Assembly: GCF_036321535.1 (NCBI RefSeq)
Contig: NC_087447.1
Span: 36,892,001-36,956,000, forward strand
From: Camelus dromedarius
Taxonomy: Eukaryota
Reading direction: 5' to 3'
DNA: 64,000 nucleotides
Part shown: positions 27,661 to 42,310 of the stretch, piece after piece
How the letters are laid out: each line of letters starts with the position of its first letter
Position numbering within the stretch: position 1 is the first letter of the stretch
The notes under the pieces: model-generated
What the model saw: the letters and a program-made list of their open reading frames with translations, nothing else
Told to the model about the DNA's origin: nothing
Databases searched by the model: none
Program-made: the position numbers and the translations under genes

Positions 27661-27919
27661 CCTAATTGTTCTCAATAATGGTGTTTCAGTAGTAATTTGT
27701 AAATGGTTCCATTATACCATTTATCATATTGTGTCATTCTCCCTCTCATCTTTTCTTGCTGTGAGCTCCTGATAGACAGCCTATCTTATTCATCTTTGTA
27801 TTCCTAATACATTTTTGCTAAATTGAATAAAAATGCCAAATGTTTTTCTCAATAAGATCTCTGGAGTGGTATCTATTAAAGAGACTATACCAATAAGAAT
27901 TTAAGAGCCTACAATGTCT

Positions 27920-28130
27920 TTATGGTGTACTCCTATTCTAAGTATGTTATGTGCATTAACTCATTTACTCCGTACAATGAATCTTTTGGAGTAGGTACTA
28001 TTATTTCTCTATTTTAAAGATGTGGAAATTTAAGGCCCTGAGAGATTAAATAATGTGCCTGAGATCACATAATTAGTAGGTCCTGACTGAAGAGTGTGCA
28101 TTCTTAACCATTGTGCTATCCTGCCTCTGA
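27920..28130 (-). mobile_element. MIR SINE relic
   Basis: attaactcatttactcc...gtaggtactattatttctctattttaaagatgtggaaattt...gagagattaaataatgtgcctgagatcaca. Confidence 0.75.
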
Positions 28131-29179
28131 TAGCAACATACAAGGCGTATTTTTCTAAGTTTCTTCTTCAGTCCTTTATATTAACCATTGCCTGCTTCAT
28201 CTGCTATAATGATTTTTTAAGGTGGATTGTTGGTATATGAATCAGATCATATCTAGTGACAATAAAGCACATTGTATGTTTATTACACATGATTTGAATA
28301 ATTTTACTATGGTTGCTATGTATAAGGTATCATTCCTTTCTGCTAATTAGGGAGTAAGCCATGGGTATTACTGTAGGATACAGATGGCATATTTACATAC
28401 TGCAAAATATGCTGAAGTTGTCCAATTGGCAATACTAATAATTTGCAGTTTGAAAATGACAGTTAGTGGAGGGGGCTCTGAAACAGGGTAAAACATTTAT
28501 TTGAATTAAAAAAATGCAGAAGAAAATATCAGAGGAAGGGAAGAATAGGATACTTTGCCTTATTTCTTGCCTAGTTTGCTTGATCACTTAAAAGTAAGTT
28601 CAAAATACATCCTTATCTCTCTCGATATTTATTACAAATGCACATTTCATGTCAATATTAATATGAGATTTTTGTTCAACAAGTCTGTACACTTCATCAT
28701 AGGTATGAAATTTTGTTCATTAGCATAATTCTTGTGTTCCATCTTCTGAAGGCTCCTGAGAGATTAAAAACCAAGTTCAATTTAAAACAGTAAAAACATT
28801 TTTATGTAATAAACACATTTCCAGCCAGAGATATTTGTTCTATCAATTGATTAAAAGGAAAAAATAGCATCTAGAGAATATTATACTCATGCATTTTTCC
28901 TGAATGTATTTTTAACAATTTAAAAACTTTTTTTCATTGCATACTTACCCATATTTGTCATCATCCTGTGTTGTTTTGGAGGCTTCATTATGGATGGAAA
29001 TCGAAAGACACAGAAGCTAGGCAGTTGTAGGATATTTTTCAAGCAATAGCATCTGGTTTCTTGGCAGTCATCATGGGCCATGGCAAGGCAGCCCTGGCAC
29101 ATCTCCAGACTTTCCTGTGGGTACTGCTGAGGGATTTCCAGGTCTGCCATGTTGTTGTAATGGTGTTTCCTAGAAACCC

Positions 29180-29680
29180 AGAAACTTAGCATGGAATACA
29201 AAGTCTGTCTGACAGTGCACAAGGTCTGCATGGTCTGACCCTCTTGCTCTCTTATTGGCACCTGACCTCTTACCCTTTGTCCAGCTGACTCAGCTGCAGC
29301 CACACTGGCCTTCTTGCTGTTTCTCAAACATTCTAAGCACAAGCACACCTTTGGCCCTAGGACTTGTACCTATCCTTTGCCTCTGCCTGGAATGCTGTCC
29401 CCGTAATAACCTGGTTTACTCCCTCACTTCTTTTGGGTCTCTACTCAAATGTCCCCTTCTTTTATTTTTTTGACCTTTTCTATATTTAAAACTTCTCCTC
29501 CCTTGTAGTATTAATATACCCAGTCACTTTATGTTTCATGGCACATCACCACCAGAGTTACATATCTGTGTTTGTCTTCTCCTGACTCCCTTCCCCAAAG
29601 TCACTGATCACTTCTGTTTTCCCAAATAGTGCCTGGCCAGTAGTAGCTACTCAATAAATAATTTTCGAATGAACTTGAAC
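29180..29680 (+). mobile_element. L2 relic (3' part)
   Basis: cagccacactggccttcttgctgtttctcaaaca...ctctgcctggaatgct...tctactcaaatgtc...agtgcctggccagtagtagctactcaataaata. Confidence 0.8.
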
Positions 29681-31559
29681 TGAAAGTCACCTTTTGGTTA
29701 CAAACAAACAATACCTTTAAATATTGGGAACCTATTGTATATTCATTTACTAATGGTGTTTTATTGAACTCAGCACATGCACTGAAATATATACACACGT
29801 TGAAAAATTCCCTATGACTTAGTTTATGGGAAATAATGCTTGGATTTCAAATCTAACTTCTGGACTTCTTGATGAGTTTTTATATCCTATTGGTAGTTAA
29901 GAGCACTTGTTTAAGTCTTCTCTGATGAGCTATGGCTTTGTGACTAGAGAGTTAAAGGAGCATTACAAATGCAAGCTGTACCACTTGGAGCACATTCAGA
30001 GAGCTGGATCTATTCAGCATTGCCTGCCCAGCTCTTAGAAACAGAGGAAAACAGTCAAATTCGTTCCCATCATGCCTATTTCCAAGTACCCTCATTATCA
30101 CCTCTTCGAATATCTTGCTTCAAGAACCAAATTACTAATTGTTTCAATGACTGAACTTCTATTTCTGTAAATAAAGCATTATGTATTTCCATATTTTATT
30201 TAGCACCCCAAAACTGAAGATATTTGGTAGAAGCAGAGAGAGATTGAGTTTTCTTGTTAAAATTATTGGGGGTGGCTTTGTTTATTTTAGTTATTTGCAC
30301 TGTGCAACTATGTTCCATAAGGAAATGCTCGTCTGAATGCATTCCAATATAATTGGTGCAATCAGAATGAATTCTGTTTTGTTTTGTTTTTTTAATAGCA
30401 GATAACTGGGTGCTCTGTTAAGGGTAGGACCTTTGACCTGAGCCTCTTTCCCTATCCTTTTTTCTTTCTTTCTTTCTTTTTTTTTTTTTTTTATAGCTTC
30501 TCCTCTCTTCCACACCCGACATATTCCCCCTACTCCCCCATCCCATTAGCACAATGAGTTATGTCAAAGGAACAAGCTACTCAGTGCTTGGGAAAATAAG
30601 CAAGAGGATCTCTAGCCAGGAAAACTCCTTTTTCAATTCATTTTTCTTTACTTGACATTCTTGAGCCGGCTACAGGGGATAATGAAATGAATTAAACAGG
30701 TCCTGGCTCTCCAGTGGCTTACAGTCAATGCTTGTCCCATTTTTCCTTTGGTTTTTTGTGGTAAGACAAATGGCAGAAGTCTCAAAGGGGTTGAAATAGG
30801 TCTGCTCTCACCTAAGACAAATTTTTGGTCCTTTATGTGTGTTTGCATAAACTTTAATTTAAAAAAATATGTAGATACCTTAATATGATTATAATTACCC
30901 TAACCTAATCATTGTGGTTGCATTTTAAAATGTGTACACTTTAAGACAAATATTAAAATAAAATTCTACAACATAAATCATTTTTGGGTGCCCAGCGATT
31001 ACTTTTTAAATACATATAGGATGAATATCTCTTTAACTCTTACGGGAATGGTGGAAAACATCCCTCTTATGTAATCCAAACTAAAAGCTTTGATAGAATG
31101 TACAAATTCTATCTGCAGTCAGTTTCCCGAGAAAATAGAACACGGGGAGAAATGAGTCCTTATGAACACCAAATGGGGAAAATAGGGAACTCAGGTTCTA
31201 GATTCCATTCTGCCCACTGCTCACTAGTTGGGGTGCTTATGCAAATCACTTCCTTTTCCAGGATTGCGTTTTCTGCATCTGGAAAGCAAAGGGATTGGAT
31301 TAGATACTGTTTACAATTCTGCTACATAACATTGTGTTATCTGGTGTTTCTTTGCAAAAAAATCAGTGAATTCACATACTTATAAAATGGTGAATTCACA
31401 TGCTTATAGATTCAAGAAGACAGAAATGAAGAGAAGTGATCTCCATCTCTGGGGTTCCTTTAGGAGAGGAATGAGGAAAAGTACACTAAGAAAAGGGTGT
31501 GGGCAGAAATTATAGCAATTTTTGGAAGATAGAAACAAGAAGGTAAACAAAGGGGTTTT

Positions 31560-31850
31560 AGTGGTCAGTCTTAACAGAGTGCCTATTGTCAGGCATTAAG
31601 TTAGGTGGTAGGGGCATAAAAACAAATAAGATTCAATTCTTCCTTTAAGAAGCTCAGAATTTGGTGGGAGAGAAAGACAGGAAAATAATAAATTCCATCA
31701 AGTGGGAGATGGATAGAGAGAGAGAAGGAGATGTAGTGGGAGCACAAAGGAGGCAGTGGTCAGGTAAGTCTTTAAAGAGAAAGTGATTTTCAGTTGAGAC
31801 TCAAAAGATGAGTAGAATTATGACAAAGGGGTTAATAGGAAAGGAAAAAA
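31560..31850 (-). mobile_element. L2 relic
   Basis: gagtgcctattgtcaggcatt...aaataagattcaattcttcctttaagaagctcagaat...gtagtgggagcacaaaggagg...agttgagactcaaaagatgagtagaatt. Confidence 0.65.
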
Positions 31851-34129
31851 ATATAGCAATAGAAAAATATGCAGGAGGAGCAAGGAGATTGACCTGGAAA
31901 TTAACCCAATATGTGGCGAGTAGAAGTGAGAGTTCTTCCTTGATTCCTTCTCTCACCTCCTATCCCCACAGTCAATTTTCTTTGGTGTCAAATATTAAGG
32001 GTATAACTAAACAAGTACCTTCTATGCTGAAAACAAGGACTTCAGTTCTTTCCTTCTATAAAACCACAGCTGTATTTCCTGGATCATTTTGTTGACATTG
32101 GAGGTTTATGAGAAGTAAAAGTATTTGTGATCTCTTTCAAATTATTTTTAAGCTCTCTCCCCCACCCCTCCTTCAGTCGGTAATGACTTGTTACTGACAC
32201 ACTTTCTTCCCTGTGCTGAACAAGCACTAAATCAGGCTGCTTAATTACCCCTGTCTCCATTCCACCTTCTCATAGCCTCACAGCCGAACTTACCCAGCTT
32301 TATAGCATGCCTGCTTGGTAGGCAGAGACATGGTCATCAGCATTGTTTTGAGAAGGTAACAAACCCCAGGATATCCCTGGAGAACTGAGCCGGGCTTGGG
32401 GCCTCGTGGTAGGCAGTCATCCATCAAGTAAATAATGACGTTTCCTGAAGGATGCCTCCCCACCCACCCTGCTTGTTTCTACAACATCTCCTTGTTGTCC
32501 AGAGTAGTGAGTGTCTGGTACACAGGGAACAGAATCTGAGTTAACCTGAGCTAGAGGCCTGGGTTCTTAGACATTACATGGAACCACAGCAAATCAGGTA
32601 ACTATAAAGGTAAGAGTTGAAATCTTTCAGTAGTGCTTATTGAATCTTTTCATAGAATAGAATTTTCTCTTCTCTTCCTTTCTTCATTATCCAGCAACAG
32701 GCAAGTTGTATTTGAGGGAGAATTTTTTTTTTTCCTTTCTCTCTGGATCAGATTCCAACAGGCCACTTTAAAATGCCCTTTCTAATTGAAATGACAAAAC
32801 ACAGGAGAATTTACTCCAAAGAGAATTCAGCATGTGAAGTTGTGCCTGCTTTTTTACTGTTTGTTTCCATATACTAGAGCATATTGGTGCCAATTTAAAG
32901 CCCCTGTCAATTTCCCTTTTTTATCAAGTTCTCCTATTTCTACCCATGCTTGGCATAGTTCTTTTTATTTTATCAGTCTGTTAAATGTGTGTCACTAGGG
33001 TATTTCAGGTGTCTTCTATTATGGCTCAAAGATTGGTTGGAGAAGGGAGTTTAGCTAAAAATTTTGCCTCTTGCTCCTTCAAGTTACTGGTAGCACCCTT
33101 AACTCTTCTTTCTTCATTTGAGGATTGTCAAATGCCATTTTAGAAGAAAGTAGGACATCTGGAAATACAGTTTGCTGTTTAAGAGTTCAGAAGAGCAGCA
33201 ATATCAGAATCTCTCTTCTTGGACAATGATTCTTGTCTGGTGGTTAGGAACAGGAAATGGATTTCACTGTGATTCACTGTATAGCTTATTTGAAACAATT
33301 TTAACATATAAAGGTAGAAGGCACATGGGCTTTAAAGTGAGATTGACTCTAAAATAGGTAATTCCTATCTTATATAAATTATTTTGAAGGAGAAATAAAA
33401 TAATAAATGTAAAATACCTAGCACTATACATAACTAAGCTGGTCCTCAGTAAATGTTTGTTAACACATTAATGAATGGCGGTGATGACTGGATGAGTGGT
33501 TATGTGATTATGTGAAAATCAGGTGATTATGAGAATAAAAGGCCTTTCACCTTTTTTCCCTATGGTGCTCTCCCTTGGAGATCTTATGTGATTTTATCAC
33601 AGAAAGCAAGAATAAAAAATACGTATTTCACGTTATGGTAAATATTAGATACACTGTGACACCATCCATTATAATTTGACATAAATTTGGCCAAACTGGG
33701 GGAAAAGCATGCCCTTCATCCCAAACACAATAGTGTTGTAAAATGACTCTGACACAATCCATTTCGTAGGTCCTGGCCATAGGCCAGCGTGTATACTCCA
33801 AGATTCAAGAATTTCACCAAAAGGCTGAATTTGGTTGGTAGGACCTACTGTTCTGTGTTGAATCTAAGCAGACTTAGTTTTTTAAGTGTCACTAAGATCC
33901 AAATAAAGGCTAGTTTCAGGACACAAGAACTCCAGCGAACTATTAGAGGCATATATTTCTGAGTTTGTGAGAACTTCACAGGGCTTTCTTAACCCAATTT
34001 ACTTAAAACATTGGTCAATGAGTTAGTGGTAAAGCATAGAAAAGATGCTCTGTGTCTTAGTTTTAGTTCATTGCTCTTTCTAGATACTCCTCTCTTGGGA
34101 TAAAGTTTGAAGTTATTACTGTGTCCTAA

Positions 34130-34535
34130 TAAGGCCCTTCCCCACTCTTGCCTCCTCCATGTTGGCCTCGTCTAAGTTACTTGAAAACATCGCCTTCTTT
34201 TCTACCTCAGAGCCGTAATAACAGATGTTTCTTCTTTTTGGAATGTTCTTTGTCAACCTTTCTACCTGGATAATTCTTAAAGTGTTACATCCTTAGAGAA
34301 GCTATTCTGATCCTCCAGACTATGTTAAATACCTTTGTTGGATGGTCTTTTTTGGCATTCTATATTTTTCTTTCTCAGCACTTATGCTAACCGTAATTCA
34401 TAGTTATTGTCTAAGCATTTATTTAATAGCTCCATTAAGGCAGGGATTATTTCTGATTTGCATGTTGTTACACCTTCATTATTTAGCACAGCGTTTAGTT
34501 AATAGTACATGTTTAATAAAATCTGCCATTTAACA
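34130..34535 (+). mobile_element. L2 relic
   Basis: ggaatgttctt...ctacctggataattc...catccttagagaagctattctgatcctccagact...tttagcacagcg...tagtacatgtttaataaa. Confidence 0.65.
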
Positions 34536-37500
34536 AATTCATCAATATTGGAAATGTGCTTGAAAGGTGCAAAGGTTGGTCCAAATATCCGTTTCTAGTT
34601 TAAATGATAACGTTGGAATGAGGGCTAGAGAGTTCTTATTCTAGCACCAGTAGTAACTAACTATACGGTCTTGGGCAGGCTATTTCTATTCTCTAGACCT
34701 CAGCTCATCAGTGGAATGAAGAGGTCAGACTAGATTAAATGATCTGTTAAGGCCCTTTCAGTTCTAGGTACCAAGTATGTTATTGTTCAGCTTACCAAAA
34801 ATTTAATGCTGGATACTTTATTAAAACTGAACTAATAATAAAGGTAGAATGCTTTAAATCATAAAATAGTAAAAGCATTTCATAAAGTGCTCCTATGAAA
34901 TATGAGTGATTTCATAATTTTGAAAAATATTTAGCTAGGCTCATTTTTACATGTATGCACTGCATGTCTTCTATGTATTTTGGTTAAAAAGATAATTCAG
35001 TATCCCAAATACTCACTAAACATTTTTCAAAATTGAAGTGAAAAAACCTGTGTTTACAAAAACAGTCTTCACCAAAGTTTAAGTGTTTATAGGATTCTGG
35101 CTAAGCCTGTTAGAAGCTTTATTACATTGTTGATTTCTTTAACCCTCAACACTGTTTACAAATGGATATTCATTATTATCATCATTTTGACTGGACTATG
35201 ATCTGAGAATCTTACGTGGAATGATACTTTTGTAAACTCTTTTGTAGTAGTTAATCAGAGTTTAACCTTTTTCCTTCCTAAGCCATTAGTTTGCAAAGGA
35301 GTTTTCTAACCTAAAGCTATTTATATGAATAACTAATACTTTGTGTTCTTTCAGAAAAAGATGCAGTACCATTTAGAGAAACTTTAAATTTATAAGTAAC
35401 TAGGCTGAGAAGAAAAATTAGTACTACAATCTGTGTTAGAGAAGTTTAAGACAAGTTTGTAGCTAGTAGTCATTGAGGAGCTATGTAGTCAACATTCTAA
35501 AAATGACTTCAAGAGAGTAATTTCTTGTGAAACAGTGTAATTTAATTTGGACTGAATTTGTTTTCCTTTTATTTTGTTAAAACTCAACACTGTAAAATTA
35601 TTCATTAGGTTTACAATGAATATAATCATATACCACTGCTGTTGCCTCATTTATAGAGAGAATATCTGTCCTCCCTAACATCCAGTGATTGTATATAGCA
35701 TATTAATTCAGAAAATATTGATTGGTTATCTCTTATTGCAAGGCATTATTCTTGATGCCAGGCATTCAAACATAATTAGGTTGATCATGACTTCAATAAG
35801 CTTACAGTCTATCAATCATGATGAGACTTATGTGCATAACTAAACACAAGGTTAAGAAAAAGTGATAAGCATCAAGTGTTAAGGATATGTATCTTACATC
35901 TCTAGAGCTATGCATTTGTTCTAAGACTTGGAATCCTCCTTAGCTCTTAACATAGAGCCTGGCATATAGAAAATATTTCAGTTAATGTTTGCTTAGAAGA
36001 TGAGCTATTTGTGAAATTTTTCTGTAAACCCATGTGTATTCAATGAATGACATTCTTTTATCCAAATCAGATCTAAAGTCTTCTATCTAAAAAGCTCTAT
36101 ACTTATATCTAAAATAATATGTTTGGTTAGAATGTGAAAATTTTTATTTTCATGAGCATCTTCTATCTTTACACTGGACTCTAATTTCTGACTTCCATTT
36201 CAAGGCTCATTCTACTATATCTTATCTGATATCCTACTGTCCAGTTTACCCAGCTCTGTAAGTTTTATAGCGTGTAGCTATACTGTATCAGTAATCACAA
36301 CTCACAAGGAACTCTGAGGAATCACAACTCAGAGGAATCTCAGAGTTTATGGGGTCTTGCTTTTCTGAGGTACAACTTTCTAGAAAGGGGTATAAAATAA
36401 ATGATTGTCGAAGCTTTAGAGGAAATAATTAACACTACTTTATTTCTAAAAGGCAACTATATTGTTCAATTATTGTGAAGGATCTCTGAAGTTAGTCAGC
36501 ATTTACGAAGTAGATTTGTTTCCAAAGATTTGTTTTTCTACTTTTCTTCACTAGTTGGAGTTCCCTGAAGACTCAAGATTGAGTACAATTGACTTGCTTC
36601 TGATCTTGTGAATCATGAAGTGAGATGAAGGCATAAATGACATCTGTGGACCTCTCTAAGTTTTCATGACTCGTTAATACTCAGTAGTAGAGTGTATTGG
36701 TCATGATACCAGCCACTACATAGCCAATACTTTTTCACTTCTCAACCATCTCCACTCCACTCAGTATAGAACTTTTCCTCACTGGCTTAGTTCAAGCAGA
36801 AAGTTTTCAGAGGTTTCGCTTGCCCACCTTTTTGAAGACACCTGGCTGAATTTTAAAGAAAGAGGATACCACAGAGTGAAAAGGAAACAAGACAGCCCTT
36901 TCTTTCCCTGAAGTTCTAGCAGTTTGACTGACTCTTACTTGTGAATTTTTCTTGCCACTGAGTCATTGCACATACAGAATTATGAAACTTTAATTTCTTT
37001 AGAGGCTTGTTATATTAGAAAAATTGTTCCAAAGAAAGCAACAATCATGACATAAGCACATCTGGCGCTTGCAAATTATTCTTTATTAAGCTTTCATTTA
37101 ATTACATGTGCTGAAAGGTCTGTTTTTGATTACTGTAATTTTTTTTTATTTGTCCATCTGAATGATAGTAATGCTGGAAATTACATACAAACCACCTGTT
37201 TTTTCTCCCTACTAATATGGCAAAGTTTGAGCTATTTTCTTGGTGGTTGATGAACTAGGAAGCTTTCTATTTATTACGCTAGAAATATGACTATCAAGGT
37301 AATGGCTTAATCTTGATGATAAGAAGAAAAGAAAATATTTGAACGGCATTTTCAAGCATGAAATAGTGTTAAGATTGAGGTATCTGAATTCTGGTTAACC
37401 ATAGCAGATTAACACATTCATTTATTGCCAATTTCACCCCAAAACTAATAAATCAACAGTTAAAGGTTTAACTTCCTGTGCTAGGAAAAAGAAGCTTGAT

Positions 37501-38008
37501 TTTCCCCCTACAAATCTGACTATATTCTCTTTAGGATTATGTTATATGCTGCCTAGAAATAAGATCTTGAGGAAGAAGGGACTGCCATTGTGCCTCTTGG
37601 GGTAGCATTCTTATCATCCAGAAGGATCAATATCCCTAGAGAAGCTTGGTCAATGTTGAATTAGAACCATGTTCCTTCAGATGTCCCTAGGAAAGTTTAG
37701 ATCAGTTCATGAATATTAAAATTACACAGATGGACATACTGGCATGCAAAGAACTTTTTGTAAAGATTTTTGGCACTAGAAAGAACCTTTGAGACCATTT
37801 AGGCAAATTCCTTTTTGTGCAATTGAAGAAACTGAGTTCTAGAGGAATTCAATCCTTTGTTTAGGGTCATAAACGTATTGCTAGAAGGACCAAGAACAGA
37901 ACAATGGCTCCCACCCAGTATTCTTTCCTTCTGTTATACTATTTGTTCTATTTTATTTTCCTCTTTAAAAATAGTGAAAGAAAAATTGCAAAGCTGTCAG
38001 AGAAATAG

Positions 38009-38254
<246 letters not shown>

Positions 38255-40149
38255 TAGGATTATGGAAACAAACAGTTTGGAAAATAGCTTTGCGAGAAAG
38301 GTGGTGAACCAGGCTGTGTTGGGAATAAACAGCGGGAAGCAAAGCAACATAAAGGAACCCCAAAATGCTCTTCTTTATGGTAAATTTCATGATTGAGCAC
38401 TGAGAAACAGGTGTTTCCCTTTTGATAACAATAGTGCCATATTGTGAGATCTTTACCTAAATCTGCAGACTTCTCAAGAGTTTTTTCCCTTTCAGTTCTG
38501 GCTTTTATTTCTTAATGTTCATTGGCATGAATGGCCATGGTTTTATTACCAGTCTTTGTCATAGACTTGTGACACGTCTCTCTAAGTTCCTTAAGCAGGT
38601 GGGGAGCCAACTTATAGTGCTAGAGAAGGAGAATCTCAAAACTTTAGATTAACAAAAAGGGACCAAAAAGAACCTAATGCTGGACTTTATATGGTTTGTT
38701 GACAAAGGTCTCTCCTTCAAAAATAGTTGTTAGTGTGGGCTCTGAAGAATGGGTGATGCCAGTATCTAATCATGGTTTGATATCATGTATAATAGTGATA
38801 GGATAAACAGACTCTCCCAAGTTGTGGCTTTTCCTTGCTGATTTTCAGTTTCTTAAAATGGGTCAGCCAGGAGGTACTCGGTGATAGAGGGGAATTGACA
38901 GTCTACTCCAACTTTGTGCTGTAACTGATACTTATAGGTTTTTATGATTAACTTTGTCTCCTACATTGAATTAACAAATTCAAACACTTCAAAGAAACAG
39001 TTGATTTCTATCATTGATGTACCTACTTTGAGGGATATGTTAAGCCCAGATGTATTATTGTAATATGCCCAAAGGACTGCATTCAGAGAAATTTTGCAGT
39101 TATTGAATTGTTACATGGGAAATATCTCAGGCCAACAAAAAGGCACTGAAAGCTTCAAAATTACTGAAATGATTTTATTTTCTAAAATTTGCAGATAGGA
39201 ATGTTGAGATTTTGGAAAAGTCCTTAAAAAGTATGGATCCCAAATACTAAAGATAAAACAAGTAAACACATTAAGAGGAATAGTTCTGCCTGTACCCACC
39301 CAAAGGGATTAACTTGATGCTACCTTTGCCTTTAGATTCTTCACAGATTTATTCATCCAAAGATGAACATTTATGATTTGTTATTAGAAATACTGAAATA
39401 TGACAATAGGTAGTTTACATTTAATAAGATAGCAGACTTATTAAGGAAACAGACTGTCTATTTTGTGTTCCAAGACTTCCTGTTTGTGAATAGGAGTCAG
39501 AACACTACGACTCAAACCAAGGCACTTTGTTTAATTATAGTTGTTTGAGTATAAGCATATCAAACATCAGTGACTTGAGTTATTGAGTATTAGCTATTTT
39601 AACATGAAAAAGTCATTTAATAAGTGGGTTGGCCAAGTGGAACTGCACCAAACCAAGCCTTTACTGGATGAGTAAAGTGTTCCCTGGTTAAATTTAAGTT
39701 TATATCTGCTTTTACCATTCCAGCTTTGTGGGCCAACTGAATTTTATTACTCAGTTGACCACATGCAAATTCTTAGGGAGTTCTCTATGTAATTTGACTT
39801 GACTATATTTTATGTTAATAACAAAGGAAACATTTATTATACTTATTAGATTGTTTATTGTATGTGTGAATAAAACTATATAGACCAAGACATAAAGCAA
39901 ATGTTTTAAATTTTTAAAATAGCTCCTACCTCTTATTGTAGAAGTTTTGAATATAATCTTATATTTTGCTAATTGAAAGAACTATGGTCACTAAGATACC
40001 TCATTTTTTCTATCTGTAGTCATTGCTCTCCCTCTGCGTATAACATGACTATGTGACACAGGGCACTGTTAGCGGAAGGTAACAAAAATAAAAATAGATA
40101 ATCTTCTGTACTTTCTTTCCCCTAGAATTTTTGTTTGCTATAATTGTTA

Positions 40150-40345
40150 ACATCAGAAGTCAGGCTGTTTCTGTTCAAATGTCAATTCTATCACTTTTAC
40201 CAGATATATCATCTTGGGCAAGTTACTTAACTTCTTTCAGCCTTAGTTTTTGCCTCTGTAAAATGGAATTAGTTTTATTTTGGATGTTAAATGAGATAAC
40301 GCATCCTCTAGCATGTAGTGAGTATTCCATAAATTTTAGTATAGC
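40150..40345 (+). mobile_element. MIR SINE relic
   Basis: tcttgggcaagttacttaacttctttcagccttagtttttgcctctgtaaaatgg matches the MIR core. Confidence 0.85.
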
Positions 40346-40463
40346 AATGATGTTGACGACGATGATGATAATCTGATGGTAATAAAGAAGATGGAGGTGG
40401 TGGGAGTACTGGTTCAGATTGAAGTATCTAGTTCTATACTGAGATCCTAAAAGAAACCTAGAA

Positions 40464-42310
40464 GATCTCCACTTTAAACCATTATGAAGGAACAGGGATC
40501 CAATTTACTCTCGCTGCTTGAACAGCTAAAACTCAAGAGAAAATATAAAAAACAATAGTTTCAAACATTCCCCATAGGGTTATAGGACATTAATCCCTGA
40601 CAGAAGAGAAACAAGTGAGGCAAGCACTACACTTGGTCCAGCTTACCAGGCAAAAGTGCAGGAAGGGATGCTCACATGCAGCTTGGCAGGCTTCCTGAGT
40701 AGAGAGGCAGAGTTCAGAGTTGAGGGATGCCAAGGGAGATGGAATTTGTGAGGCAGAGAACCAGAGGAGAGAGCTGTACAGAGAGAGTGCTGGAAATCTG
40801 CAGAAGGTTCGCCTGTATTTAGCTGAGTCTTAATCAGCATATGCATGTGAGGAAACATCTGAGGTCATGCTACCAGATGTAGCAGACAAGGTTCTTGAAG
40901 GACTGAGAATGATTTGTATGACCCCTGGCCAGAGTGGAAAGCTCTCCTGACACATGGTCATCAAATAGAGTCCCCAGCAAGGTATTACCTCAGTAGTGGG
41001 GCCAGATTATCCCTAGATTAATGGCTGTTCTGGACCTGCCTAACAAAGCCTGAACATAAGCCAACAAGGGATCAAATTTGTCCACGTCTCAGAATAAAGT
41101 CCACACATATTTAAAGGAATATACAAACTCTGACACCCAACAATGTAAAATTCACAAGGTATAGCATCTATTCAATAATTACCAGGCTTTCATAGAACAA
41201 GAAAATGTGAACAATAATGAGGAGAATAGTCAATCATTAGAAATAGATCCCAAAATGATGCAGATGATAAAATTAGTAGACAAGACAGTAAAAACAGTTC
41301 TTATAAGAGACTTTCAGCTATAGCCAAGTGAAGAGATAAGTATATCTGTTCCTTGAAAAACACCCACAAAGTTTCTGGCAGGCTGTGAAGAACAATAGCA
41401 GGTCTGCCATAGAGGAAAGGGATTTACTTGACTGGGAGTTGGGACGTGCTTCCCGTGCTCAGTGGCATTGTTGGTGGAAGTGGGAATTACTGAATTATAA
41501 GAATAAATAATAAATTAGAGTAAATAGTCATGCCTTTTTTATTGAGCTTCACTTTATTGTGCTTCACAGCTCTTGCATTTTTCACAAATTGAAGGTTTGT
41601 AGCAACCCTGCTTAGTCAGATGATGGTTAGCACTTTTTAGCAATAAAGTATTTTTTAATTAAGGTATACACATTATTTTTTAGACATAATACTATTACAC
41701 ACTTAATAGACTATGGTATAGTATAAACATAACTTTTATATGTGCTGGGAAACCAAAATTTCCTGTGACTTGCTTTATTGTGATATTTGATTTATTGCAG
41801 TGGTCTGGAACCAAACCCATAATATCTCTGAAATATGCCTATATTCAAAACTGAATAAAACCAGGTGTTATGAACTCCATATATTCAAGAATATAGAGGA
41901 AAACATGAACATTGTGGGGCAAGACATGGAAAACCTAAATTGAATATCTAAAGATGAAAAATACAGTGTTTGAGAAAAAAGTACACTGGATTAGTACTTA
42001 TTTAAATCATTAACAGATCAGATATTAAAGAAGAAAAGATTAGTGAACTTGATGACATAATAATGAAACTATCCAAAATGAAGTATATAGGAAAAAGACT
42101 GTCAGTGCTATGGGATATCAAATGGCCTAATACATGCAATGAGAGCCCCAGAAAGAGAAAGAAGAGACAGAAAAATATATTTGAAGAAGTAATAGCTGAA
42201 AATTTTATGAATTTGAAGAAAATTCTGAACTCAGATATCTGAGAAGTTCAGTGAACCCCAAATAAAAGAAACATGGAGAAAACTAACTAAATGCCTAGCA
42301 TATAAATCAC
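40464..42310 (+). mobile_element. Old LINE-1 (L1MC/L1MD-like) 5' UTR plus ORF1 fragment, interrupted at about 41307-41855
   Basis: ORF1-like remnants gaagaaaagattagtgaactt (EEKISEL), gaaactatccaaaatgaa (ETIQNE) and atatttgaagaagtaatagctgaaaatttt (IFEEVIAENF); upstream segment resembles an old L1M 5' UTR. Confidence 0.75.
41525..41841. mobile_element. Tigger1 internal-deletion derivative (Tigger1a_Art-like, TcMar)
   Basis: Both Tigger1 ends joined in about 317 bp: tagtcatgcc...tttattg...aaattgaaggtttgtagcaaccctg and tcagatgatggttagca...gtggtctggaaccaaaccc...tatgccta, followed by TA. Confidence 0.85.

Noticed and set aside
28920..29473. 142-aa and 72-aa ORFs
   Set aside because: Overlap an L2 relic; no protein family signal.
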